Shown one piece after another: positions 51,938 to 64,000 of a DNA stretch of 64,000 nt. Both the position numbers and the translations under genes were made by a program. The notes under the pieces are model-generated. The model was not told the DNA's origin. It searched no databases and saw only the letters and a program-made list of their open reading frames with translations. The stretch is from Camelus dromedarius (taxonomy: Eukaryota). The stretch is from NCBI RefSeq assembly GCF_036321535.1, contig NC_087437.1, positions 72,790,001 to 72,854,000 of the forward strand, given 5' to 3'. The stretch's first letter is position 1. Every line of letters starts with the position of its first letter.

Positions 51938-54089
51938 AATCTTGTTGGAATCTGTAAAGAAAAAGAAAAGAGAGAGAGAGAGAACTTCACTTAACAATGA
52001 AGATCTATTTGTTCATCAGGACAAATAGCCTTGCAGTCTGACCTGATGTGATTAAAAAACACAAATGCTGTTTTAGTAAGAAACCTAGTAAAGCTGTACT
52101 GCAAAATGAAGACAAATAAAGATCACTAATCTGGGATTTTTTTTATACAAAAGAAAAATAACTCAAGGGGACATTAATGATATTTGAGAGGAACAAATCC
52201 CCAACCAGTTACCGGTGCAAGATGAGTCTGGTACCTAAAACAGACCATGTCCCTCTGTTCTAGTCCTTGGAGGACCCCCTGCTTCCTGAGAACCTAGCAA
52301 ATACCCAAAGGGATGATGCAGTGGCCCTTCCTTAGATGTCTCTGTTAGAGTCATTAACTGCTTAGAAGTAAAGTCCTGAGGAAACTAAATTCACATTCTA
52401 GCAGATAAAAAAATTTCATGTTAGTCACTAATCAATAACATGAGGGTTAGAAGATGGTTCTTTAGAAAGGGCTATGAGAGTACCTTCCCTTCTCAACAAA
52501 GACTTAAAGCTCCTGCACCCATTAGAGAAAGGCAGGTATTAGTAGAGGAAAGAGTGTTCCCCAGGTTACTGCCAGATCAGGGTTAGGGTGGAATATTTAA
52601 AAACCTGAAACTGATGTCCCCTTCAAGTTCCCAGGCACCCCAAAGGCACCATGCTCATCCTTGACTTAAGTCCTCTCACAGAAACAACTTTCTCCCTCTT
52701 TTGCACCCATCTGAACCCACCCATTCTTTGAGGTTGAGATTAGGATTATATAATCCATGATGAAAAAAAATTTTTTAAATGGACACACCCATAAGAATAT
52801 GCTTTAGACCCTAGTTTGAACAATTTAACTTAAGAACTAAAGTTTTAGTCTATGAAAATGTCCTTTAATTATAAATTATCACTGCAAATGTGAATGCTTA
52901 TATTTCAAACTGATAAAAATATCTTCTTTAGATTATCATCAAAGTGCAAACACAATTTACACATTCTCATTGAACTCAGGTACCGCTAAGAACATCCTCC
53001 ATCTCCTTAGGCACCTGAGACACTAGTTACCACATCTCTGGACCATATATAAACAGTAGCACTTATGGTTAGTAATCAGCATCAGAATGAGCTTGTTTCT
53101 GTAACTAAGACACACTTTAAGGAGGAGGGTTACGTCTAGTGCTTCTCCTCTTATCTCCAACGCCTCCTGACTCCCACCATCCCACAGGTGAGACACTCAA
53201 TGAACATGGATTATTCAATGTCAGCCACACCTTCCCCATTCCCTCCCAGACACAGAGAGAGGACCTTCACCTTGCTTGTTCAGTCTCACAGGTTCCTGGG
53301 CAAATGAAAACAGCCTAAGAAAGAACTGCTTCTTATCCACAGAATGGGACCAAAAAACAGTTTGGCTGCTTAATTCTAGAGATGGGCCGAGTCCTCACAC
53401 CCCACAAGGCTGCAGCTTTCCCCGACAAGCTCTGCCTCAGGTTCCTCACCGTCCACCCAAAGCCCTGCCCTGATGGATAAAAGCGTGGTTATCTTTTGAA
53501 GTGAACCTCAAAAAAACTGAGATTCTCCTTTAGAATTGCCTCCCTGCTGGGATCTGGCCCTGCCCTCAGGCTCTTGCGAGGTGTTTCATTATTTAGAGAC
53601 AGGACCATCTCTGCCACCGAGACAAGTGTCCCTCTGAGCACTACCAAGTCTGACCTTGAGAGCAGCACCAGCCTGACTTGAGATTTATCTCACCATGCCC
53701 TCTTGGAGGACTGAAACCAAGATGACCTTCAGTCTTGGTTCCTTCTATTCCCAGCTAACTTTATCACACGTTGGTTTGCCGTGATGAAATTCCAGCAAAT
53801 CTTGACCAATTCCCTCAAGTTAAATATTTTTGAATTGAGGAAACAAGGAAATTCGTGGATCCTGAGAACATTACTCTGTTATTTATTATGGGGGGGGAAC
53901 ACCCTAATTGTCCAACAATAGGGAGAAAGTTAAGCTACAGTACATTATATGAGTGAATAGTAAACCCTTTGAAATCTTATTTTGAGGTATATTTTATAGC
54001 ATTAAAAAGTACATTCATATAATGTTTAGTAAATTTAAAAAACCATATATGCAGTGAGTGCAGCCTTCTCATACACACGCCCACCTATA

Positions 54090-54320
54090 CACGTGGTTTA
54101 CACAGATGTTCAAGCCAAAGTCCTGCGAGTCATCACTGATCTCCTCTCCCTCCACCATCTCCTTCACTCCTCTATTACCTCCTCCTCCATTTTATCCATC
54201 AACAAATCCTATTAACATTGTCCTTAAAATATATTCTCAATCTGATCATTTCTTGCCATTTCCACTGTTAGCCCCCATTCAAGCCAATATCCTCTCCTCC
54301 CTTGTCCATCTGCCTGTTCT
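54090..54320 (+). mobile_element. L2 fragment
   Basis: Pyrimidine-rich caagccaaagtcctgcgagtcatc...tccatcaacaaatcct...ccttaaaatatattctcaa. Confidence 0.55.
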
Positions 54321-57300
54321 CCAAGAACAGCAACAACGGGATGAAAGAGATCACACCACAAAGTTGGCAGTGGTTTTACCAGGTGGTAGTATTGCCAGTG
54401 ATTTTTAATTCACCTTTCTCAAACTAGTTTGTATTTTCCACATTTTATACAGTGTATTTGTGCCAAAAACTGTGGATGTGCTGGCTCAGCAGCCTCAGGA
54501 CCAAGCTGTTGCTTACTTTTAATTCATTGTTTTTTTATTAAAAAATCCAGATGAAAAGGTGTGGGCCTAGGTAGGCTGGCCTGGCCCAAAGGCTCTGAAG
54601 GGCCATCTCCTAGCAGCCCCAGGCTGGCTGTGGGGAGGGCCATGTCACCAACTGCTTGTCATTCCGTGGGGGATGTCGGCCTTCGCCACCCCAACACGGA
54701 GAGGCCAAGGTTGGGGACAGTCCACACTCCACCGCCCTCCTGCCCCTCCCGCCCTCCCCGGCTCTGGGTCTGTGTCTGAACTGTGGATCTTGCAGAAGAA
54801 CCTGCAGCCACAGATATGTGACTATATCTTGACCAACAGCTTGCAGTGCAAAGCCAGGCCAGTGTCATGCATTACTTACAAAAAAAGGGATCATTTTTAA
54901 AAAATTGTTTTTACCTTGACAATTAAGAAAAAAAGATTAGTGTAAAATACTAGCAGACAATCTGTACTGATACTTTATTTTTAGGTGGATTACACTCTCA
55001 TTTTCCCTAACTCTTGTCCAGTTTTTGAGCCAGATATGAACTCTTCCAAAAAAGGTTACTTTAAAGAACTTCTTGATCAGACCAGCTTAATATGTAAATA
55101 TCTGAAGACTTTAACAGTTTTTCCAGATCTTCTAAATGACTGAGGCAAGAATTATAATTATGTGAGTTTGCCATTCCATACTTTTTGCCTCTGAAAAACT
55201 ACACAATCAAACATAACACCAATCAAACAAAACACCTTCCCTAATATGAGCAAGGTGAACAATGGTTACCCAAAGTCTCCAGATGACAGCTGAATATAGT
55301 CAGGTAATATTAGTATGTTCATTTTTAAATGTAGTTATTAGATTAGTTCATTATTTGAGGTGATTGTTTATTGTATAGAAAAAAAAAATTAAAACCCTAA
55401 CAGGTAGTTGGAGGCACTTCATTCACTAGCTGGGTACTAAGTGCCTGCCGTGTGTCAGACACTGGTTTACCAGACGTTAGCGCTGCTCACTGTCATTCCT
55501 GTTCTCTCCTTTCAGAAACGTTAGCAGTGCTGTCCTTCCTCGTCCCCATGACATTAGGTGTGGCTATGTCCCTTGCTTTGATCAAGGAAACAGGAGAGAA
55601 AGTGGCATGTCGGTTGCAAGCTGAAACAGCACAGGCTGGAGCATGAGTCACCATCTCATCCCCTGCTGCAATGACTAGCCTGCATCCGAGTCTTTAGGGC
55701 CTTCCTTTTCCTACCTCCCGCAGCGAGGACAGCGTGGAACGGGGCCTTTGCCAACCCAAGATTGTCTTAAGCCACCGAGATTTGGGGGTTGTTTGTTACT
55801 ATGAAGGTGCTAATCTTCACTAAGTGCCTACTATAAACCAGGCTTTGAGCTAGGCCCTGGAAAGTTTGTGGTCAAAGACATCATTTCCTGCCTTTACACA
55901 GCTTACAGTCCAAAGGGAAAACACACATGTGAATCAATGCTATACAGTGTGACACCTGCTGTAACAGGATTTATTGACAGATTGGTAAAGGAGCACAGAG
56001 CGGGGCTAATCCGATGAGAGTGGTAGCCTGGGGAAGTTATGATAGAAAGAAATGACAATGATGTTAAGTCCCACTGAAGGAAAAAGAATCTGATGGGTAT
56101 TATCCAATGATAGCATAAAGCTACCTTCATACCTAAAATTTTGTGGTGTTAAGGACATAAACAAAATCCCAAGCCCATCTGAGGTCAGACTGTGGTCTAT
56201 TCGGCAAGCACCCTGTCTCTGACAGAATTAATAACAAAAATTGTGTAGGAAAAGGGAACAGTTATTTTCTATGTTTAATAACCATGTAAACATGCTCTCT
56301 GGGGTCCAAGCCTATGCCTATCTTAAGTGCAATTTAAATTGGACAGCAATCTTCCAACCATTTGGGACATTTCAGACAAGGATACAAAGGGAAATCCACA
56401 AGTAAGATGTCAGAATAGACAAGAAAAGAATTAAAGTCAAGTAGTGTGGAAGATTTCAGTTATAAGCTAATGCGTACAAAATGGGAAACAGAACGAAGTT
56501 AGACAGAAGAGGTTTTCCCACCAGGTGCAGAGACAGCAATCCAAGAAGGAAGCCAGAGCAGATGTTGCCAAACAAAAGTCAAAAGCTGAGCACTGAACCC
56601 AACTCTGGATTTTCAAGATTTACTCAAATGGTACAGAATTTACTCTAATGGTACCTCATGTTGAAATGGATACTTAAAAGTTCAATTTTTGACCCAGCAA
56701 TATGAGACACCAATGTCAATTTAGATGATAAAGTGGATTAATATATTTCAATCTGTTTGCAGTTGCAAATGCTACTTAAGCACCCAAATGAAACATTACC
56801 AAACTCTGTTCCCTCTTCATTTGGGCCAATAAAACTACAGAGGGTCAAACTACAACCCTACAGGGTGGCAACACTTGGTTCCCCCCTCTTCCTCACACTT
56901 TTTTTAATCAAAAGTATAACTGCTAATGCAGTTTTGTTGGCCAAACAAAATACAACACAAAAATATTCCACCAGAGCACTGGCTGAAAGAAGAGCAGTTC
57001 TACAATCTCCAGGGAAGAGACGGGCAGGACATTTGTAAATAATAAGCCACATCTAAGAAACAGCCATGCAACGTTTCTCTACTACAGAGATGCAAAAGAA
57101 AGCTACAGATGATTCGGAATGGAAGTACATTCCAGAGAATGGTTTACAAGACAGTCATGTCTGATACCCCAGTTTTTCAGTTCAACCTTGTGGAGTTTGT
57201 TAAGGACGTGTAAAAGGTTGCACATTTAAAGGTGTATCATCAAGTACAAATATGGAATTCACTCACTTTCCAGAAGCTTAGTTTACCAGCCATAGTTGAG

Positions 57301-60300
57301 TGCATATGTATGTACACTTGTCTCAATTTGAGATCTCTTAATCCCACAAATCAATTCAACTCAAAAGGTGGAGAATCACACAGGTGGCCTTTCTGACCCT
57401 AGGAGTGACGATAATGGCTGGTGATACCTCTTCTCCTTCCCGACTTCCTGGGTGTTCTTTTCACTGCTGGTGAGATCATGTGAGGGGAGGCGGAGAGACG
57501 GGACAAGCATAGGGAAATGTAGAACAGTAACCAGGGACACGCTCGGAATGAGGATGAGCGGAAAGGCAAGGATAGCAGAGGCAGGAGGGGAGAGAAGGCG
57601 ACGGGGGAGGCTGGGTTCCACTCCCCAGCAGTGAGGGAGAGGGGCGGTGATGGAGCACTGCAGACAGAATGCAGCAGACACTGCAGTGGAGTTCAGGAAA
57701 AGAAAGAAGAGGAAGGTGATGGTGGGAGGTCAAAGTGACAGACATGAGGGAGGGCGGCAGGGAGAGGGGTCTGTGTTAACACGTGTAAGAGAGGAGGTGA
57801 GGAAGACTCCAGCGTTTCCAGCCCGGCCTCTTGATCTCCACTGGTGTGTTTACTTTTGGTTTCCTGTACATTTCATGTAAACAAAAAGAAGTCTCCGGGA
57901 AATTATAAAATCACTGCACTTTGTTATTGTGGAAGGAAAACAACCCCAAGGGCCTTCGTGGCCCCATACCCTGCGGAGCATCTGCACAGAAACAGAACCG
58001 GGCGTGGAGCCGGCAGGAGGCGTCTGGTGCCCATCTGAGAGAAGGGACACGCCGGGAAGTCTAAACAGGAAAGAAGCTAATGTGTGTTGAAACGTTTGGG
58101 CTGACTTTCCAATCCATAAATTTAATCCCTCCAGAGCGCTGGTTGCTTTATCACCTGAAATGTACATCATCTCACTGTCAATTAGAAAACACCAGGCGTC
58201 ATTCAGAGCTCTCTGGGAGGTACCATGGACAGGCAGCATGTTTCCCCTTGAGAAAAAAATTACTTGAAAAACTATCTCAAGGATCACGCTGAAAAGTTTC
58301 TTGGCAGATTCTTTTCTCTTTGGCACAATGCTGGCATCTGTTTTAAAATATAATTCTCTGGCTCCGTTTGTACCAAATAACACCACAGTGACACTAACCC
58401 CATCCACACTGTAAGCCACCAACAGTGAATTCAGGGCACTGTGATGGCCAGAGCTGTACTGATCTTGGTTTCCAGATAATGAAAACACACCCGGGGAGCA
58501 AAGGTTTTAAAAAACAAAGAAATTAAAGAACTATTTGCTGTGCTGTGCTGCGTGTGTTTTGTTAGAGGAAAGGGACTTACAGTCTAGCCTGTTTATATAA
58601 ATCCAGTTTTCCACGTAATTTATGCCAATTACATAACACATTACTTGTCACTTTTCCTTGCCATGCAGCCATGCACAAATGGTTCTTAGGATAATCCAAT
58701 ATAGCAGGAATTGATCAAAGGGAGACTGCCAAAGCAAGTGAAAGAAAAGTGGAAATCTTTTCATACTGCTGGGAAAAGGAGATGGATGTAGATTAAAGGA
58801 GCAAATTCAGGAAAAATAATCTCAAAATGAAGTCAGGAGGGTTTAGGTTAAAATTTCCCCTTTATAAAAAAGTTTGAGTCTCTACCATGCCCCACAAGGG
58901 TGACTCAGAGTGGAGGTGCTGGCTCTGGGAGCACAACTTGTCACGGACAGTGTTCGATGCCTGGGGTTTCAAGCTCTCGCAGCACACTGGTGGTCCACAG
59001 GCTGGTCTCTCTCAGCACTGATGTTTATGATATGGCAATGTTTTCAAGCATGTACTGATGACATGTAATTGAATTCAGACACCAGCTTAGAGCAGTGTGT
59101 CAGGAGCAGTGCCATTTGCGGGATGGGGAAGGCACCTACTGTGGTGACCACTGGGGTCTGAGAGAAGAAGCTTTTAGAGGACTGAATAAGAAATCTGTTT
59201 CAGATGTCCAAACGGACAGAAGAACCTCCCTCTTTTTCCACTAATCCCAACATGAAAACATGACGAGGTGGGAAGGGCGCTAATGAGAAGCTTCAGGAAC
59301 AACCACTCCCTTCTCCAGCAATATTCTGATTTCAGAAATCCAAAAGCAGCCTGTTCTCCCCACCCTCCGTTATCCAAACACCATCCTTAGTTAAACCCCC
59401 CATCCTGTCAATCTGCCTTTGCAAACACACCCTCCTTTTCCAGAAATACTTCCTTTCATCACTAAACCCTCTTCAGCCTCCTGAATCTCTGCAAAGAAGC
59501 CACACCTCTCCACACAACCTCATGCCCACTGGTAAACACCTCCTCCCAGCAAATATTCCCAGATCCTCTCTTCTTCAAATGTCACCTCCCATGCAGTTTC
59601 TGCAAGCACCCGTACGCCTAGACCTTCCCACTGTCTCAATGTCCATTCCCATAGAACTTTCTCGTCTCCCACCCATGCAACCTGGCTTCCTAAACTCTGC
59701 TCCTTTAAACTCTTCCTCCACATTCAAGATTTTATATCAGCGCAGAGAAGAAAAAACAAATAAAACCAAAATTCTGTTAGTAGACACAGTGCCCTTACTG
59801 TTTTCTTTTTCTTTTTTGCAAATAAACATAGTGGCAAATAGATTGCCATCCTTTGCTCATTGTATCATGTTCTTTGTCATTTAAAGATCTACATGTTTGA
59901 ACAAAATAATTATTATCCATTAGATACATGTAGATGGGTTGATGATCTCCAAGGAGGGCATTTTTATCATTCAAAAAGATCCAAAAAAGCAGTTCTGCAG
60001 GAATAAGTGCATTTTAATGGCAGAATTAGGATGTTTTATTTTGCAGACTGAGCCTATTATATCAGTAAATCTTACTGTGTAGACACACACACACACAGCC
60101 ACAGACACACACAGTCCACCTGCCCACAGCAGACTAAAAAGCATAAAGGCTTTGTGACTGCCAGAAGAGACTTTTCACAACCTGGGCAAGCTGAGGCATC
60201 CTCAGAATTTGCCAGGTGTCAGGGTGATGCTCGGCAGGGCTGGGGAAAAAGGAAGGGCCACTGGAATGCTGATATGTGTCTCAGAACGCTGATTGCAGTT

Positions 60301-61099
60301 TCCTTCTTGGTTTTCTTTTTTTTTAACTCTTTAATTTTTACTTGATTGTGTTCTGAAAACGTCTAAAAGAAGAGGTAAGGGAGACCATGAAAGAAAGAAC
60401 AAAAGTATCAGACAATGGCACAGGGAGGCAGGAGGACAGAAGGGAGTGGGCAGTGATGGGAGGGGGATGTGGTTATGAGAACATTTAATGCAGACAGTGG
60501 AAGAAAGGAAAATAAGTTAAAAAAAAAAAAAAAGGTTCAGCTCCTTCCTATCACAATAAAGGAGTATAACCCCATGCTACCATTCCCTGTCACCTCTAGC
60601 CCCCTGAAGTCTAAGCTCCATCAAAAAAAAAGAATTCCACATGGTACCCAGTGGTTCCTAAAGGTAATCGCAGTCAATAGCAATACCCATACTTCAAATG
60701 AGGATCTTTATCTCCTGTGATCAGAGGCTCTTTTTAAATAAGTCTAGATTGTTTTATCTTAGGAATTCTTAAGAATCTTAGAGGACTCTTAGTGAGGAGG
60801 GTAAAGTATCACGTACAGGGATTTTAAACACTTTAGTGAGAGCCCCTCAAATAAGACTTGTCCGCATGAACTTTAAAATATTCTTTAGACTATCCAAGGA
60901 ATTTGGCTGCATTTTCCTGTGATAACTCTCTTCAGCCAGTGAGGAAGGCAGGGGAGGAAAGACAGAAAGTAGGAGCAACCTCAAAACACATTTGTGTTAT
61001 TCCAATTCTTTTCCCATGTGCAGAACTCCAGACTTTTACCTAAATATTTAAGATGTGACTTTTACCAACTGGACTCACAGTTGTGTTTATATCATTATT

Positions 61100-61780
61100 A
61101 AAGAAGCTTTACCAATATTTAAAGAAGACACAATATTAATTTAATAAGCACAATGATGTGGTAGGAAAGTTCACAGATTTAAAGCACGCTGTCTCCGATG
61201 ACAGAAAACAGAAGGAACAGGGGAATATATTAAACAGCATGATGGAGATGCTATCACTAAAATCTAAAATATGAGAAAGTCTACAGAAAAATAAAAAAAA
61301 CCAATGTCTTTAACCAGGAAATGGTAAGGAAAAAACAAAACAAAACAAGAGAGGGAACCGTTCTAGATTAAAAGAAACTCGGGAGACACACAAGTTAAAT
61401 GCCATGTGTAGACCTTGTATGAATCCTGTTTTAAACAATCCAACTATTAAACAAAAATTCTATGTGACAGAGAATCTGAACACTGACTGGAAAAAAGATC
61501 TTTTAATTACTACCATTTTTAGGTGTGATAGTGATACTGCTATACTTTTTAAAAGTCCTAAGCTCTTAGGTTTACATTTTTAATTATTTTTGAATAAAAT
61601 ACTACAGGATGTGGAATTTGCTTTGTAACCATCTATGTTGGGGGGAGGGGGGTAAAGTCTACAGATGAAACAAGATTAGCGTGTATTGAAACTGAATGTT
61701 GGGTACATGAGCTTTCACTGTATTATTCTTTAAATTTTTGTGTTTAAAATTTTCCATAATAAAATATTTGAAAAATAAAA
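61100..61780 (+). mobile_element. Old L1 (L1MC-like) 3' end
   Basis: ttctagattaaaagaaactcgggagacac...aaatgccatgtgtagacctt...tgtttaaaattttccataataaaa. Confidence 0.65.
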
Positions 61781-63289
61781 GATGTGTGTGCATCCTGAAA
61801 ATCAATATGAATAAAAATATATTAGTAAGTATTGGCAAAAATTACAGTGAAGGATGTGTTCTTTACAAAGAACGCTTTACAAAGGAAGATGTGTTCATAC
61901 TTCTACGTGATTTTTTTAAAGTATAAAATACTAACTCTCTATCATGTTGAATTAAGCTCCTAAAAGCCAATTTTTTTTAAGTACCTTCGAGCAGTTTGAA
62001 AGAAAATGCACTGTCCAGATTACAAGTATCAGACCATTATATTTAGGATATTTACAAGATAATGGTAGGTGGGGTTACTAAGTTTCACCACTACATGTGC
62101 CCAAATAAAAACCACCTCTTCAGAAAGTTGAAAAATAAACACAAAACCAGCCAAACCTGCCATATCTTGAAGAACTGCAGCCTCAGAAAACATTAACACA
62201 CACACATACCTTAACATATTTATGCTAAGAGAGAGACTGGCATACTTCATATATTCTTAAATTATGTGATGGCTTCTCTGAAAGTGGCAGAGTTCTTTAG
62301 GAAGGAAATCAAACCTGTATTTTCAGTGTTCCTTAATGAATCCTGAGAATCTTAGTCCAAAATAAAGGTTATTAAAATTTTCCCAAATAAAGCAAATGTT
62401 TATAGATGTTTCCTGGCCTTTGGCATAATTCATCCCCGGGTTTAGGTGATTCTGACTGTAGACCTTGAAGAATCCTCCTCTGTTATGTGATCACCACAGT
62501 GAAGACAAAGCCGAGAAGCAGAGAGGCACGGAATAACTACGTGGAGGTCCTGAGTGTCTGTGTGCGCCTGTACTTCAGATCCACTTCCTGAAGCAGGAAA
62601 AATCATCCTTTAAAAATAGTCAATTTTATGCAAGGAAAATATTGACTCTGGGATCACATGGGGATAAAGATGCTCTCTCTTGACCCTGAAACCATCACGA
62701 TGGGCTGAAATTGGAAGCTGAGAGCCTCTGGGAGCAAACTCTGATCTTCACACCATCCTGTCCCCACTCCACGCTACTGATCAAAATACACTCTCTTAAG
62801 AGTCATCTTCTATTTTTCCACAGTAATATTTACCAAATCCAAACACGCTGTGTTCCCTACTCCCTTCCCTAATTTCTATAAACTGGGAAGAGTCAGGGCA
62901 TAAGTAGCCTCAGGAGAGATCGAACAAACAGAAGTTGACCCCATCACCCACGGTCACAGTGCTTTTCCCCTTTAATTCAAAAGCAGAGAGGATGGGTTTT
63001 TAAAATACTATAAAATAAACAAAATAATGACACCATCTCTCCATTACTTAACTGTTGACTGTGCAAAGTGGGTGTTAGAAGACATTTAAGTTTTCCCTTT
63101 CCTGCTACCTACCTTTTAACCATTTCTTTTGCTTGGAAGGAAAAGGCAGAAGGACGTGAATCAGCAGAGATCAATAAGCAACTGACTAAATTAACTTTAA
63201 TCAATGCTGTTTTCTGTATCTAGCCAAAAGACCCAATAAAGGAAATGGTTACATTAGGATGTTATTTTTATTGTAATGGCTAATCTAGT

Positions 63290-63490
63290 GCAAAGAATAC
63301 TGGACAGGCTGCCAGGAACATGAGTCAGGAGACCCGTCCCTAGTCCCGGTTCTGCCAAAATAACCAACAGAAGCAAGAGCCGGAGCAAGACACTTGGCCT
63401 GTGTTCACCCTGTTTTAGCAGAGGTTTCCTCATGTTTAAAATGGTGAAGGTGAACTAGATGTTCTTTCGGCTCCAACTTTCTAGACTCCC
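63290..63490 (+). mobile_element. MIR/MIR3-like SINE
   Basis: gagtcaggagacc...tagtcccggttctgcca...ggtttcctcatgtttaaaatgg...gaactagatg. Confidence 0.55.
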
Positions 63491-64000
63491 AGAGATGCAA
63501 GTTAAATAACATAGGAGTGCCAGCTATCCAAAGCAGGAAATGGAAATGACCACAGAACAGAAACATGTTTTAGTGATAAGGTAGCAGCTACCTAATTGGG
63601 AAAAGATTGCACAGGCGCTGTTGCTCATGACATTCCAAGGGCATGGTAAATTATTTCAGCACAACACAGTGAGAAAAAGGCCTGCTCAGGGCTATGTTAA
63701 TGTAATATAATATGGGTATTTCATTCAGCATGATGTATAAGAAATATTTTGCCTACATTCCCATGGCTTGCAATTTCCTTAATAAATCTTAGGCTGTTTT
63801 TGAAAAGCTACTTCTGCAATGATGTAAGCAGTGTGGCAGCCAGACCTCACTTTCCAGTCCCCTCTGAATATCTCTTGCCCAAGAAGCACTACTCAGGCTG
63901 CGTCTGACCTGGTCAAAAGCTTGTAGAAGCTGGCCTTCCAGTGCTTTTACCTGCCCTTGTTTTAGCAATACAGTGGTCAAGAAGCAAATCTAGGAGAAAT

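Noticed and set aside
57850..58488. 212-aa minus-strand ORF upstream of exon 2
   Set aside because: Non-ATG start, no recognisable domain or splice structure. Consistent with a chance intronic ORF.
52000..64000. PHLDB2 exon 1 or CpG-island promoter
   Set aside because: No CpG island or supportable first exon seen. The main promoter probably lies outside the window.

Overview
This is mammalian genomic DNA, probably from a camelid, judging by a Vic-1-like tRNA-derived SINE at 47558-47751. It covers the 5' two-thirds of the PHLDB2 (LL5beta) coding region on the minus strand. Eight coding exons with canonical AG/GT boundaries, all phase 0, splice into an uninterrupted 829-codon frame. That frame runs from the ATG at 51937 to the donor at 305 and continues beyond the left edge. 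The non-coding first exon and promoter were not identified and probably lie beyond the right edge. The introns hold typical LINE-1, L2, MIR, LTR and DNA-transposon relics. I see no new gene system. The most interesting signals concern isoform control of PHLDB2: a candidate internal promoter and alternative first exon (paired E-boxes plus an ATAAATAA box) that would splice in frame to exon 3, a candidate 27/31-nt microexon with tandem acceptors and a QKI-type motif, and splicing-regulator motifs around the 129-nt exon. Also notable are several structurally odd LINE-1 insertions and a MER53 palindrome carrying a miR-1302-like sequence. Repeat family names and exon numbers are from memory, not from database searches.
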